Positions 8,743 through 17,441 of a stretch of DNA of 39,760 nucleotides are shown piece by piece. Source of the stretch: Candidatus Iainarchaeum sp. (lineage in GTDB: Archaea > Iainarchaeota > Iainarchaeia > Iainarchaeales > UBA10191). Each line of letters begins with the position of its first letter. Position 1 is the stretch's first letter. A program made the position numbers and the translations under genes. A model generated the notes under the pieces. That model was not told where the DNA came from and did not search any database. It saw nothing but the letters and a program-made list of their open reading frames with translations. The stretch covers positions 1 through 39,760 of the forward strand of contig JAUSFL010000049.1 of assembly GCA_030649735.1 (NCBI GenBank), in the 5' to 3' direction.

Positions 8743-8886
8743 TTAAGTTGTCGCTCTCTTCCTCAAGTATCTTTTCTTTCTCTGTTTTTCGCGCATTTTC
8801 TTCTTTTTCCATTTCCAGCGTTCCCTGGAACGGGTTTTTTTAAAGCGCGAAGTATCCTTAGTCCTAGTTCCCAAAAAATCCACCAT
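8743..8886 (-). CDS. rpl41e: Ribosomal protein eL41-like (47 aa, below ORF-track cutoff)
   Basis: Manual translation MVDFLGTRTKDTSRFKKTRSRERWKWKKKKMREKQRKKRYLRKRATT contains the RWKWxKK core of archaeal eL41. TTTAAA box upstream. Confidence 0.72.
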   Translation of the reverse strand: MVDFLGTRTKDTSRFKKTRSRERWKWKKKKMREKQRKKRYLRKRATT

Positions 8887-8991
8887 TTCTAATTGTTTTT
8901 TAAAATTTAAACCAGCAAAAGGTTTAAAACACGCATTACTTAAGCCGTGAAATGGGATTATGTTATAAATCTAGCCAGAATTATTCCTATT

Positions 8992-9459
8992 ATGGCTCGA
9001 ATATTTTTTGCATGCTCAATGCGAGGCGGTTTTGGCAATGTAAGCCAGGACAAATTGCGTCAAATTCCAGAATTAATCGAGTCTTTAGGTCATTCTTTGG
9101 TTAGCAAGCACCAGGTAAGCAAGACTTTCAGCCAGGATGAAGTCCAGTTGACTGAAGTTCAAATTCACGATCGCGATGTAAAGTTTTTGCTGAATGCAGA
9201 GTATGTAATCGCAGAAATCAGCAATCCAAGCCTTGGAGTTGGCGGCGAAATCAGCGATGCAAACTGGCGCAACAAGCCAGTGCTTTGCATTTACCAGTCA
9301 AGCGTTAAAGATTCTATTTCAGCATACATTATGGGAATGGCAGGCTCAAAATTCACTCCATTGGTTGAATGCGTTTCATATTCAAGCATTAGCGAATTGG
9401 GAAAGAAAATAAGCGATTTTATCAAAGCGCATCCTTTGAAAAAGAAGGGAAAGAAATGA
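8992..9459 (+). CDS. Nucleoside 2-deoxyribosyltransferase / DNPH1(RCL)-like nucleotide N-hydrolase
   Basis: IFFACSMRGG, IHDRD, AEISNPSLGVGGEI...KPVLC motifs. Start set at ATG 8992. Confidence 0.85.
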   Translation: MARIFFACSMRGGFGNVSQDKLRQIPELIESLGHSLVSKHQVSKTFSQDEVQLTEVQIHDRDVKFLLNAEYVIAEISNPSLGVGGEISDANWRNKPVLCIYQSSVKDSISAYIMGMAGSKFTPLVECVSYSSISELGKKISDFIKAHPLKKKGKK

Positions 9460-9983
9460 AAATCGCCATTGGGACAACAAACAAGGCAAAAAGCAGTGCA
9501 ATCCAGGACGTTTTCTCACTAGTTGTGCCTGGCTGCGAGTTTTGGAGCATTGCAACAGACTCTGGAGTCAAGGCACAGCCGCTTTCAGACAGTGAAGCAA
9601 TTCAAGGCGCGGAAAACCGCGCAAAGCAGGCTTTGGAAAAAGTTGAGGATGCTGATTTTGGGATTGGGGCTGAAGGAACAGTTGACGAGAACGAGCATGG
9701 AATGTTCTTGTGCGGCTGGGTAGTAATACTGCACAAGTCTGGAAAGAAAGGAATTGGCGGAAGCCCAAAAATTCTCTTGCCTGAAAGCTTTCGTGAAAAA
9801 ATAAAGGCAGGAATGGAATTAAGCGCAATAATCCGCGAATTATACAATGACCCAAAGGACGAAATCAGGCATTCTGGAGGCACTATTGGAATTTTGACTG
9901 ACGGAATGTGCACTCGCGTAGACCAATTCAAGACAGCAACAGCCTGCGCGTTAGCGCCGTTCCTGCATGAAGAGCTTTATTAA
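9456..9983 (+). CDS. yjjX: Inosine/xanthosine triphosphatase (DUF84)
   Basis: IAIGTTNKAK, SGVKAQP, GAENRA, GIGAEG, GTIGILTDG...R. Translationally coupled to the upstream gene. Confidence 0.9.
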   Translation: MKIAIGTTNKAKSSAIQDVFSLVVPGCEFWSIATDSGVKAQPLSDSEAIQGAENRAKQALEKVEDADFGIGAEGTVDENEHGMFLCGWVVILHKSGKKGIGGSPKILLPESFREKIKAGMELSAIIRELYNDPKDEIRHSGGTIGILTDGMCTRVDQFKTATACALAPFLHEELY

Positions 9984-10026
9984 AAATGCCAAACTGCGCT
10001 AATAATTTAAATAAAGCCAGCGTAAT

Positions 10027-10971
10027 TTGAGAATGTTTGAAGAGTTTTTGATTTTAGCAGGGTTTTTGGCCTCAACTGTGATTGGCGGTTTATTTTTCCT
10101 GAAGTATTATTTTGAATGCCGCAAAAGCGAGGAAGGATTGAAGGACCTGAAAATTGAAAGGGAAATTCCTTTTGAGGACAGGCCTTATGTTGTTGATTAT
10201 TTGTTCCATTCTCAAATAACCTGTAGGGGAATGACTGCAACTTTTATTGATTTATTGCGTAGAAAGCACATTTCAATAAAAAATATCCAAAATTCTAAGG
10301 GATTTATTGGAAAGGCATTGAATTTGAAGGATTTTCTTTTCACAAGGCTTGAAAGTAAAGACCATTTGGCAAAGCCAGAGAAATACCTGCTTGACTTGAT
10401 TTTTGCAAAGCAGATTGGGAATAGTTTGGTGCCAAATTCAGTGAATCAAATAACTCTTTCTGAAATTGCAGGTTATCGTTCCAAAGCTTCCTTTTCATTG
10501 TTCTTGCTTTGGAAGCCGTTTACGGAAAAAGAGGTCGTAACAAACAAGACTGAGAAAAACTTTCTTGATTTTTCAAGAGTGGATAAATTTTCAAAAATAG
10601 TCAGTGCATTATTCATTCTGCACTTTGTTGTTTTTTTCGCAGCGTGGGCTTTTTTTGGGCCAAACCCTATTTTCCTAAGTGGTTTTTTCCTTACTGTAAT
10701 TCCAATTTTGATTTTTTTTGGAATCTCGTTTTTCCCTGTAATTTTGTGCAAGAAAACAAAACTTGGCTTTGAGCATTACATTAAATGGCTTGGGCTAAAG
10801 AAGTTCTTTGATGACTTTGGCTACTTGAAGGACAAAGCCCCTGAAGAAATAGTGCTTTGGGAAAAATTCCTTGTTTTTGGAACCTTGTTCGGGAACGCAA
10901 AAAGAATCAATTCGAGCTTTGAGCCGGTTTTTACAATATTAGAGTCTTCTTATACTGGCGGAACAGGCTAA
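10027..10971 (+). CDS. DUF2207-like membrane protein
   Basis: TATFIDLLRRKHI, two TM helices, KWLGLKKFFDDF...LWEKFLVFGTLFG C-terminal signature. Confidence 0.75.
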   Translation: MRMFEEFLILAGFLASTVIGGLFFLKYYFECRKSEEGLKDLKIEREIPFEDRPYVVDYLFHSQITCRGMTATFIDLLRRKHISIKNIQNSKGFIGKALNLKDFLFTRLESKDHLAKPEKYLLDLIFAKQIGNSLVPNSVNQITLSEIAGYRSKASFSLFLLWKPFTEKEVVTNKTEKNFLDFSRVDKFSKIVSALFILHFVVFFAAWAFFGPNPIFLSGFFLTVIPILIFFGISFFPVILCKKTKLGFEHYIKWLGLKKFFDDFGYLKDKAPEEIVLWEKFLVFGTLFGNAKRINSSFEPVFTILESSYTGGTG

Positions 10972-11702
10972 TATCCCGCGAACTCTTCAGCCCTAATGTT
11001 GTCTTCATTAATTCCATTGTCTGTAAGCAGCTTCTGCAAGCCTGCAACCATTGCAGGCGGCCCGGAAATGTAGAATATTGGATTGGATTCTTTCAATTTT
11101 GGAACGTTCTTTTCAAGCATTGCGAAATCAATCCTTCCCTTCAAGTACTTCCATTTTGAGTCTTCGATGTCAGTGATTGTTGCAAACATTTTGAAGTTCT
11201 TGTTCTGCTTTTGCCAGTTTTCCAAGTCTGGCAAAAACGCAGTTGCTGCAGGAGTCCTGTTGGAATAAAACAGGAAAATCTTGTGCGGTTTTTTCTCCAA
11301 AGTCGCTGTTTCAATAATGCTTCTAACTGGAGTGATTCCAATTCCGCCGCTCAAGAAAACTGCAGGCCTTGAAGAGTCAGAGTGCAAAGTAAAGCTTCCC
11401 ATTGCCTGGCTTACTTTGATTTTAGCGCCTAAAGGCATTTTTTTCAGCTCGTTCTTGAATGCAGTGCTTCTCATTCTAGTGGCAAACATTATTGTGCCTT
11501 TAGATTGTGGAGGGCTTGCTATTGAAAAAGCGCGGGTGTTTCCTTCAGAGTCAGTTTGTGAAGGGTTTTCCAAAGTAAAGTCTGCATACTGGCCTGCCTT
11601 GAATGAATACTCATTTCCTGAAGTGTCAATGATAAAAGCCATTGTTTCTTCGGCAATTAGTTTGCGTTCTTTCAAAGAAAACAAAAAATCAGTCATAATC
11701 AA
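10968..11702 (-). CDS. FAD/NAD(P)-binding oxidoreductase (FNR family)
   Basis: FKAGQY, RAFSIAS, GGIGITP, YSNR, YISGPPAMV, EEFAGY C-terminus. Confidence 0.92.
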   Translation of the reverse strand: MIMTDFLFSLKERKLIAEETMAFIIDTSGNEYSFKAGQYADFTLENPSQTDSEGNTRAFSIASPPQSKGTIMFATRMRSTAFKNELKKMPLGAKIKVSQAMGSFTLHSDSSRPAVFLSGGIGITPVRSIIETATLEKKPHKIFLFYSNRTPAATAFLPDLENWQKQNKNFKMFATITDIEDSKWKYLKGRIDFAMLEKNVPKLKESNPIFYISGPPAMVAGLQKLLTDNGINEDNIRAEEFAGY

Positions 11703-11803
11703 TATTTCAAGGCTTTTGTTAAATTTAAAGATTGGGTAAAATGCAAATTTGCGGAAAGAGCCCCAAACATGCCTTATTAACCTCGTTGAGGCCTTAATAT
11801 ACT

Positions 11804-12028
11804 ATGCAATTTTTCGTTTCAGTAGGCAGTAAGAGAAATTCCCAGACTTTTGCAAAATTTGAGGCTAAAAATTTTAGGGACGCTTTAAAGCAAGTTACTT
11901 GGAAGCAGGTTCTGGTTTGCAAGAACGCGTATGAAAACGATGGCGGCAAGGCAGACAGTGTTGAAGTGACAAGCCCTTCAGACAAGAAGTATTTCACAAT
12001 GGAAGAAGCCAAGAAAATCATTGGCTGA
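11804..12028 (+). CDS. Hypothetical protein
   Basis: 74-aa ORF filling an intergenic gap with genome-typical codons and a T/A-rich end. No family recognised. Confidence 0.6.
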   Translation: MQFFVSVGSKRNSQTFAKFEAKNFRDALKQVTWKQVLVCKNAYENDGGKADSVEVTSPSDKKYFTMEEAKKIIG

Positions 12029-12128
12029 AAGCGGTTTTAAAAAAAAGCCTGATTTTAGGAAAGTGTTGGAGCATTAGCCGCGCTTTTTGCGGCATGAAAT
12101 TCGCAAGCGCTTTATTGCTTGCTTTTTT

Positions 12129-13715
12129 TCATATTGCGTCATTCTTTCTGGCGAGTTCCTTGATTGTTCCATCGCTTACTTTCAGGATTCGCTTCGCGAT
12201 TTTTTCAATGAAATAACGATCGTGCGATACTGCAAGGATTGCGCCGTCATAATTCAAGAATGCCTTTTCAATGATTTCGCAAGCGTCAATGTCCAAGTGG
12301 TTGGTTGGCTCGTCAAGCAAAAGCAAGTTGGGCTTTTTAATCAAAATCTTAAGCAGGTTAAGCCGTGACTTTTCGCCCATGGAAAGCTGGGCAATTGGCT
12401 TGAAGACTTCATCGTCCGCAATAAAACCGACCATTGACAATTGCTGGCGGGTTTTTGCGCGGTCTTTAAGCATGAGAAAAATTTCATCATACAATGTATT
12501 CTCTGTTTTCAAGTCTTTGAGCTCTTGGTCTGCATAGCCCAGCTTTGTCTGCGAGTCCAAAATAACTTTGCCTGAAAGCGCCGGAACTCTTCCTTCAATT
12601 GTCTTGAATAAGGTGCTTTTTCCAAGCCCGTTTTCTCCAATCAGGATAATGCGCTGGCCAACTCCCACGTAAAGGTTAATGCCGGAAATGAGCGGCTTTT
12701 CATAGCCAACGCTCAAGTTTTCAAGCTCTAAAATCACGTTGGCCTGGGTTGGCGAAGCGTCAAAATGAGTCTTGAATTTTGACTGGTCCATGTCAGGCCT
12801 TTCAACAATTTCACGCTTTTCCAAAAGCCTTTCGCGGTACTGGCCTTGCTTTACTTTTTGCGGGCTTTTGCCAATGCGTGATATCTTGTCTTTTTCAATT
12901 GCAATGTATTCATTCTCAAGCTTGTAGGCTGTTTTTTGGGCTTCAAAGGCAGCCTCGCGAGTTTTCACGTAAGCTGAATAATTTCCGTTATACTTGATCC
13001 ATTTTCCTTTCTCTATTTTCAGTATGGTGTCGCACACGCGGTTCAAAAAAAACCTGTCGTGAGTGACCATTAGGACTGTTCCCTTAAAATTGCGCAAGTA
13101 ATTCTCCAGAATATTCAAGCGCTTGAAATCCAAGTGGTTGGTTGGCTCGTCAAGCAATAAGAAATCAGCGTCTGACGACAAAATTTGCGCGAGTGCAATG
13201 ATTGCGCGTTGTCCTGTCGAAAGTGAGTTGATTGTCTGGTCAAGCCAGGATTCTTTAACTTCTAAAGTCCGCAAGACAGACTTGATTTCGTTAGTGGCTC
13301 GCGGGCTTTCATGCTTTGCAAGTTCGGCCTGCAATTCCACGTAACGTTCCATTAGCTTGCTTAATTTTTTATTGTCTTGGTGAATTTCAGGGCTTGAAAG
13401 AAGCTGTTCTATTTCGCGCAATTCTTTCTCAAACTGGTTTTGATGATGGATTACCGCGCTTTCCCCAATTGCCTGTCTGACTGTCTTGTGCAGTTCCATT
13501 TCAACGTGCTGGGAAAAATAAACTGCCTTGCCGTTGAATTTAATTTCTCCATTGTAATCAATTTGGCCTAAAATTGCCTTAAGAAAAGTTGTTTTTCCAA
13601 CTCCATTCCTTCCAATAAGCCCGACTTTAGAGCCATCGGCTATTCCCACGCTTTCATTAATCAGTATTTCCTTCTTTCCAAGGGAAATTGAAAGGTTTTT
13701 GATTGAAAGAGCCAT
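12129..13715 (-). CDS. ABC-F family ATPase
   Basis: Two NBDs (GRNGVGKT, GENGLGKS; LLLDEPTNHLD twice; HDR twice), a YNGNYSAY linker, no TM segments. Confidence 0.95.
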   Translation of the reverse strand: MALSIKNLSISLGKKEILINESVGIADGSKVGLIGRNGVGKTTFLKAILGQIDYNGEIKFNGKAVYFSQHVEMELHKTVRQAIGESAVIHHQNQFEKELREIEQLLSSPEIHQDNKKLSKLMERYVELQAELAKHESPRATNEIKSVLRTLEVKESWLDQTINSLSTGQRAIIALAQILSSDADFLLLDEPTNHLDFKRLNILENYLRNFKGTVLMVTHDRFFLNRVCDTILKIEKGKWIKYNGNYSAYVKTREAAFEAQKTAYKLENEYIAIEKDKISRIGKSPQKVKQGQYRERLLEKREIVERPDMDQSKFKTHFDASPTQANVILELENLSVGYEKPLISGINLYVGVGQRIILIGENGLGKSTLFKTIEGRVPALSGKVILDSQTKLGYADQELKDLKTENTLYDEIFLMLKDRAKTRQQLSMVGFIADDEVFKPIAQLSMGEKSRLNLLKILIKKPNLLLLDEPTNHLDIDACEIIEKAFLNYDGAILAVSHDRYFIEKIAKRILKVSDGTIKELARKNDAI

Positions 13716-13822
13716 AAGTAATTATCATTAGAACGAATTTTTTAAAGCGTGCTAAAAATTATTTGGCCGCCGATTGGTTTTGGGTGTTTTCTAAATTCAG
13801 GCAGTCAATGCCTGGATTTATT

Positions 13823-14449
13823 TTAGCAGCTTAATTCTCCGCTGCCGTCAGTTTGGCAAGGCCTGATTGGGTAATTTCCATCAGTTTTTAGAATGCCCGG
13901 CCCTTTTCCCGCAATGATATAATCATTGAAGTCCCTGTTGATTTCATACCATCCGGCAGTCAAGTGCTTGGCGTAAATTCCGTTTTCAGCCAGTTTTTTT
14001 CCAACGTTTTTTGACAGCATGCAGTAGCTGCTGTAGCAATAAGTGATGAACGGCTTGTCTTTTGGCAAATTATTAAACGCCAAAACAAGCTGCTGCGCGC
14101 TCATTCCCCCTGCAGGAACATTGACTGCAGTGACAAGATGCGCTTTTTCGTATTCTTTTTGGCTTCGCAAGTCAACCAGCAGTCCATCCAATTGCCCGGT
14201 CTTTAAGTGATTGATGAAATCTGACGGGCTTACGCTAACCGCCACTTCAGTGGCGTAAAAATCGCTAATCAGGCCAGAATTGCCGGAATTAAGAAAGTTA
14301 GAGGCAGTCAAAGCCGCCAAGGCCCCAACAACTGCGCTAGCCAGCACAATAAAAATCAGTTGATTGCGGTTAAGACTCAAGCCATCACGTCCTAATACCA
14401 AATAACAGTAAAATAAGGTATAAAAAAGGAAACTCTGCAGAAAGCGCAA
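13823..14449 (-). CDS. Membrane-anchored rhodanese-like protein
   Basis: TM helix, then LLVDLRSQKEYEKAHLVTAVNVP, ITYCYSSYC, LTAGW. True start probably downstream of the ORF-track start. Confidence 0.82.
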   Translation of the reverse strand: MRFLQSFLFYTLFYCYLVLGRDGLSLNRNQLIFIVLASAVVGALAALTASNFLNSGNSGLISDFYATEVAVSVSPSDFINHLKTGQLDGLLVDLRSQKEYEKAHLVTAVNVPAGGMSAQQLVLAFNNLPKDKPFITYCYSSYCMLSKNVGKKLAENGIYAKHLTAGWYEINRDFNDYIIAGKGPGILKTDGNYPIRPCQTDGSGELSC

Positions 14450-14491
14450 ATTGCCGGAAAATGTCCTGCGGCAAGTTGGCTCAATGCCTTG

Positions 14492-14752
14492 TCATTCGTA
14501 AATGCTGTTTGCTGAAACCACTTTGAACAGCCTTGAGTTTGAAAGCGCGGAAAGAGTTGAGACTGGCTCCATGACTTTCTCAAGCTTTAGCCTTGTGGAA
14601 AGCTGGTAGAATTTTTTCGGAAACTTTTCAATAATGAAAACCCTGTTTCCCCTGCCAAAGTCTGAAATTGCAGACCGCTCAAACTTCCTGACTTCGTCAG
14701 CGCTTGCTTCCTTGTTTTTGTTCTCTCTAGTGAAATAAATGTCATTAATCAT
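14492..14752 (-). CDS. Hypothetical protein
   Basis: 86-aa ATG ORF in an otherwise empty gap, co-oriented with its neighbours. Confidence 0.55.
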   Translation of the reverse strand: MINDIYFTRENKNKEASADEVRKFERSAISDFGRGNRVFIIEKFPKKFYQLSTRLKLEKVMEPVSTLSALSNSRLFKVVSANSIYE

Positions 14753-14854
14753 ACTATACTAATACAGCAACCGCCTTAATAAGGCAAGAAAACAACAGAA
14801 CAGCGCAGAAAGCAATTGAATGCACGGGGCAAATTGCCAATGCTTGGCCATTCT

Positions 14855-15325
14855 TCAGTCAAGCGGGAAAGGCGTTGATGACTCTTTCACAATGTTCAAT
14901 ACCAGGTTGGTGTTTGTTCTTTCGACAAAGTCTTCAGCCATCAGCCTTTTCACGAAAGCGTTCAGCTCTGAAGTTTTCCTGAATTTTGCTATGATCATTG
15001 AATCAAACCCTCCAGTGGTGTCATAAACGCAGCACACGTTCTTGTGCCTTGCATATTTTTTTTCAACATCTTCCAAATGCCCGCCCTTGATTGTAATGCT
15101 TATTATCACTGAAATTTCAAACCCCAATTGCTTTGAGTCAATTACCGGCTTAAAGCCGTTCAAGACTTTTTCCGCCCGCAATGCCTTAATCCTGTTGTGC
15201 ACTGTCCCCATTGTAGTGCCAAGCTCTTTGGCCATTTCCTTATAGCCAATGTTTCCTTTTGCCAAAAGAATGTTCAGGATTTTCAAGTCAAGCCTGTCCA
15301 ATTCAGCCAACAAAACGCCCCCCAA
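14855..15325 (-). CDS. Lrp/AsnC family transcriptional regulator
   Basis: LDRLDLKILNIL HTH, TVHNRIKAL, VYDTTGGFD RAM domain. Divergent from glnA. Confidence 0.93.
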   Translation of the reverse strand: MGGVLLAELDRLDLKILNILLAKGNIGYKEMAKELGTTMGTVHNRIKALRAEKVLNGFKPVIDSKQLGFEISVIISITIKGGHLEDVEKKYARHKNVCCVYDTTGGFDSMIIAKFRKTSELNAFVKRLMAEDFVERTNTNLVLNIVKESSTPFPLD

Positions 15326-15479
15326 ACTTTTATAATATTAAAAGAATTCTTGCATTGTTTTTAAAAATTATTGCGTAATTCGGGCTTTTAATTGAAAATT
15401 TTTCACTAATTCGAGGAATTGCTATTTATTCCAGAATCCCTTAAGTAATGCGTTAAAGGATTTTTTCAGGTTTTTGAAA

Positions 15480-16811
15480 ATGGAATCAAATCTTGTTTTA
15501 GAGCGGGTAAAAAAAGACAACGTAAAGTTCGTGCAGTTGCAGTTCACTGACTTGTTTGGGGCAATGAAAGAAGTAACTCTTCCAGTTCAGCACTTGCCCG
15601 AAAGCCTTGAAAAAGGGACTTGGTTTGACGGCAGTTCCATTGAAGGATTTGCCAGAATTCACGAGTCTGACATGTACTTGAAGCCTGATGAAAGCACTTA
15701 CGCAGTGCTTCCCTTCAATAACGGCAATGCAAAAGTCGCAAGGCTGATTTGCGACATTTTTAAGCATAATGGAAAGCATTTGGAAAGCGATCCACGGTAC
15801 ATTTTAAAGAATGCGATTGAAGAGGCAAAAAAGGAAGGGTTTGTTTACAATGCAGGGCCTGAACTGGAATTTTTTCTATTCAAAAAAGAGAACGGCAGGA
15901 TCACTTCCTTGCCGCACGACATTGCAGGTTATTTTGACTTGTCAACAGTGGACCTCGCGTCAGACATCAGGAAAGACATAACCATTGCCTTGGAGGCTTT
16001 TGGAATCAATGTTGAAATGGCGCATCATGAAGTTGCCGCAGGCCAGCACGAGATTGACTTCAAGTATTCTGAAGCTTTAACCACTGCCGACAAGGCATTA
16101 ACCCTCAAGTTTGTCGTGAAATCAATTGCCCAAGCGCATGGAGTTTACGCAACCTTCATGCCAAAGCCGGTTTTTGGAATCAATGGCAGCGGAATGCACG
16201 TTCACCAGTCATTGTTTGATGATAAAGGCAAGACATTATTTTATGATTCCGGCTCAAAATACAATCTTTCAAAAACCGCGCTTAGTTTCATTGCAGGCCA
16301 GTTAAAGCACGCCAGAAGCTTTTCGGCAATCACTGCGCCAACAGTCAATTCTTACAAGCGGTTAGTTCCAGGCTATGAAGCGCCAGTTTATGTTTGCTGG
16401 GGTCAAACAAACCGTTCAGCGCTAATTCGGGTTCCCCATTATTCAATAGGCCGAGAGCAGGCGACCCGCGCTGAACTGCGCTGTCCAGACCCAAGCTGCA
16501 ATCCTTACCTGGCTTTTGCAGTCATGCTGAAGGCCGGGCTTGATGGAATAAAGAAATGCCTCTTGCCTCCAGAGCCAGTTGAAGAAGACGTTTACGAATT
16601 CAGTAGCGAAGAGCTGGAGAAGAGGGGAATTGCAACACTGCCTGCCTCTTTGAACGACGCTGTTTTAGAATTCAAGAAAAGCCAGTTAATGGAAGAAGTT
16701 TTAGGCGAGGAAGCTTTCAAAAAATACGCGCGGGCAAAGACTTTAGAGTGGAATGATTACAAAATTCAAGTGACTGGGTGGGAAAAGAAAAGATATTTTG
16801 AAAGCCTGTAA
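15480..16811 (+). CDS. glnA: Glutamine synthetase type I
   Basis: FDGSSIEGF, HHEVAAGQHEI, ATFMPKP..GINGSGMH, NSYKRLVPGYEAP, NRSALIRVP, ELRCPDPSCNPYL. Confidence 0.98.
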   Translation: MESNLVLERVKKDNVKFVQLQFTDLFGAMKEVTLPVQHLPESLEKGTWFDGSSIEGFARIHESDMYLKPDESTYAVLPFNNGNAKVARLICDIFKHNGKHLESDPRYILKNAIEEAKKEGFVYNAGPELEFFLFKKENGRITSLPHDIAGYFDLSTVDLASDIRKDITIALEAFGINVEMAHHEVAAGQHEIDFKYSEALTTADKALTLKFVVKSIAQAHGVYATFMPKPVFGINGSGMHVHQSLFDDKGKTLFYDSGSKYNLSKTALSFIAGQLKHARSFSAITAPTVNSYKRLVPGYEAPVYVCWGQTNRSALIRVPHYSIGREQATRAELRCPDPSCNPYLAFAVMLKAGLDGIKKCLLPPEPVEEDVYEFSSEELEKRGIATLPASLNDAVLEFKKSQLMEEVLGEEAFKKYARAKTLEWNDYKIQVTGWEKKRYFESL

Positions 16812-16837
16812 ACCCAGCGCCTAAAAGCCGGTTTTTT

Positions 16838-17404
16838 TTACGCAAGCTCTCTTTTCAGTATTTTGTGCGCGTGATTGAGTTTCTTGAATTTTTCAACGTC
16901 TCCAGTCGGCATGTCCGGATGGAGAGTTTTAGCCATTTCTTTGTATTTTTTGTCCACTTCTTGAATGTCCTTGTGGTCGTGCTCTAGCCCGAAGAATTCC
17001 CGCGCTTCCTTGCGCGAGTCATGCACGTCATCGTTTTCCGCAAATTCCGCAATGAATTCTTCAATTTCTTTTTTTCCAGCAAGCACTAATTCAACTTCTT
17101 TTTCAATGACTTTTAAAACAATGCCTAAATTGTCAATGAATCTTTCCTGACTTGCGGTTTCATACTGCAATTTATACCCGTCAAAATACCAGGTAACAAT
17201 TGCTTTTGCCCCTTTTCCGCAATTCCCGTCAAGCTCTAAGTCAATGTCATCCCTTGCCACTCCCAATTGTTCCAGCGCAGTTATTATCTTGTTCTTGAAT
17301 TGCACTGCGCGCCTATTGAATGAGTTAGTGGCGTGAACGACTTGAATGCTGTGGCTTTTGATTTTGACTGTTTCCATAATAATCAATATTCTCTGACAAG
17401 CCAA
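16838..17404 (-). CDS. C-terminal J-domain (DnaJ-like) protein
   Basis: YKEMAKTLHPDMPTGDVEKFKKLNHAHKIL, containing the HPD motif. Confidence 0.88.
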   Translation of the reverse strand: MACQRILIIMETVKIKSHSIQVVHATNSFNRRAVQFKNKIITALEQLGVARDDIDLELDGNCGKGAKAIVTWYFDGYKLQYETASQERFIDNLGIVLKVIEKEVELVLAGKKEIEEFIAEFAENDDVHDSRKEAREFFGLEHDHKDIQEVDKKYKEMAKTLHPDMPTGDVEKFKKLNHAHKILKRELA

Positions 17405-17441
17405 GCAAGGCTTTTATACTAAAACCTTCTTTTTTGAAAGC

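Noticed and set aside
8701-8892. 63-aa plus-strand ORF
   Set aside because: Antisense to the eL41-like gene; its Phe-rich content mirrors Lys codons.
12070-12130. GC hairpins between convergent genes as an ncRNA
   Set aside because: Short, and positioned as expected for termination or stability structures. No promoter evidence.
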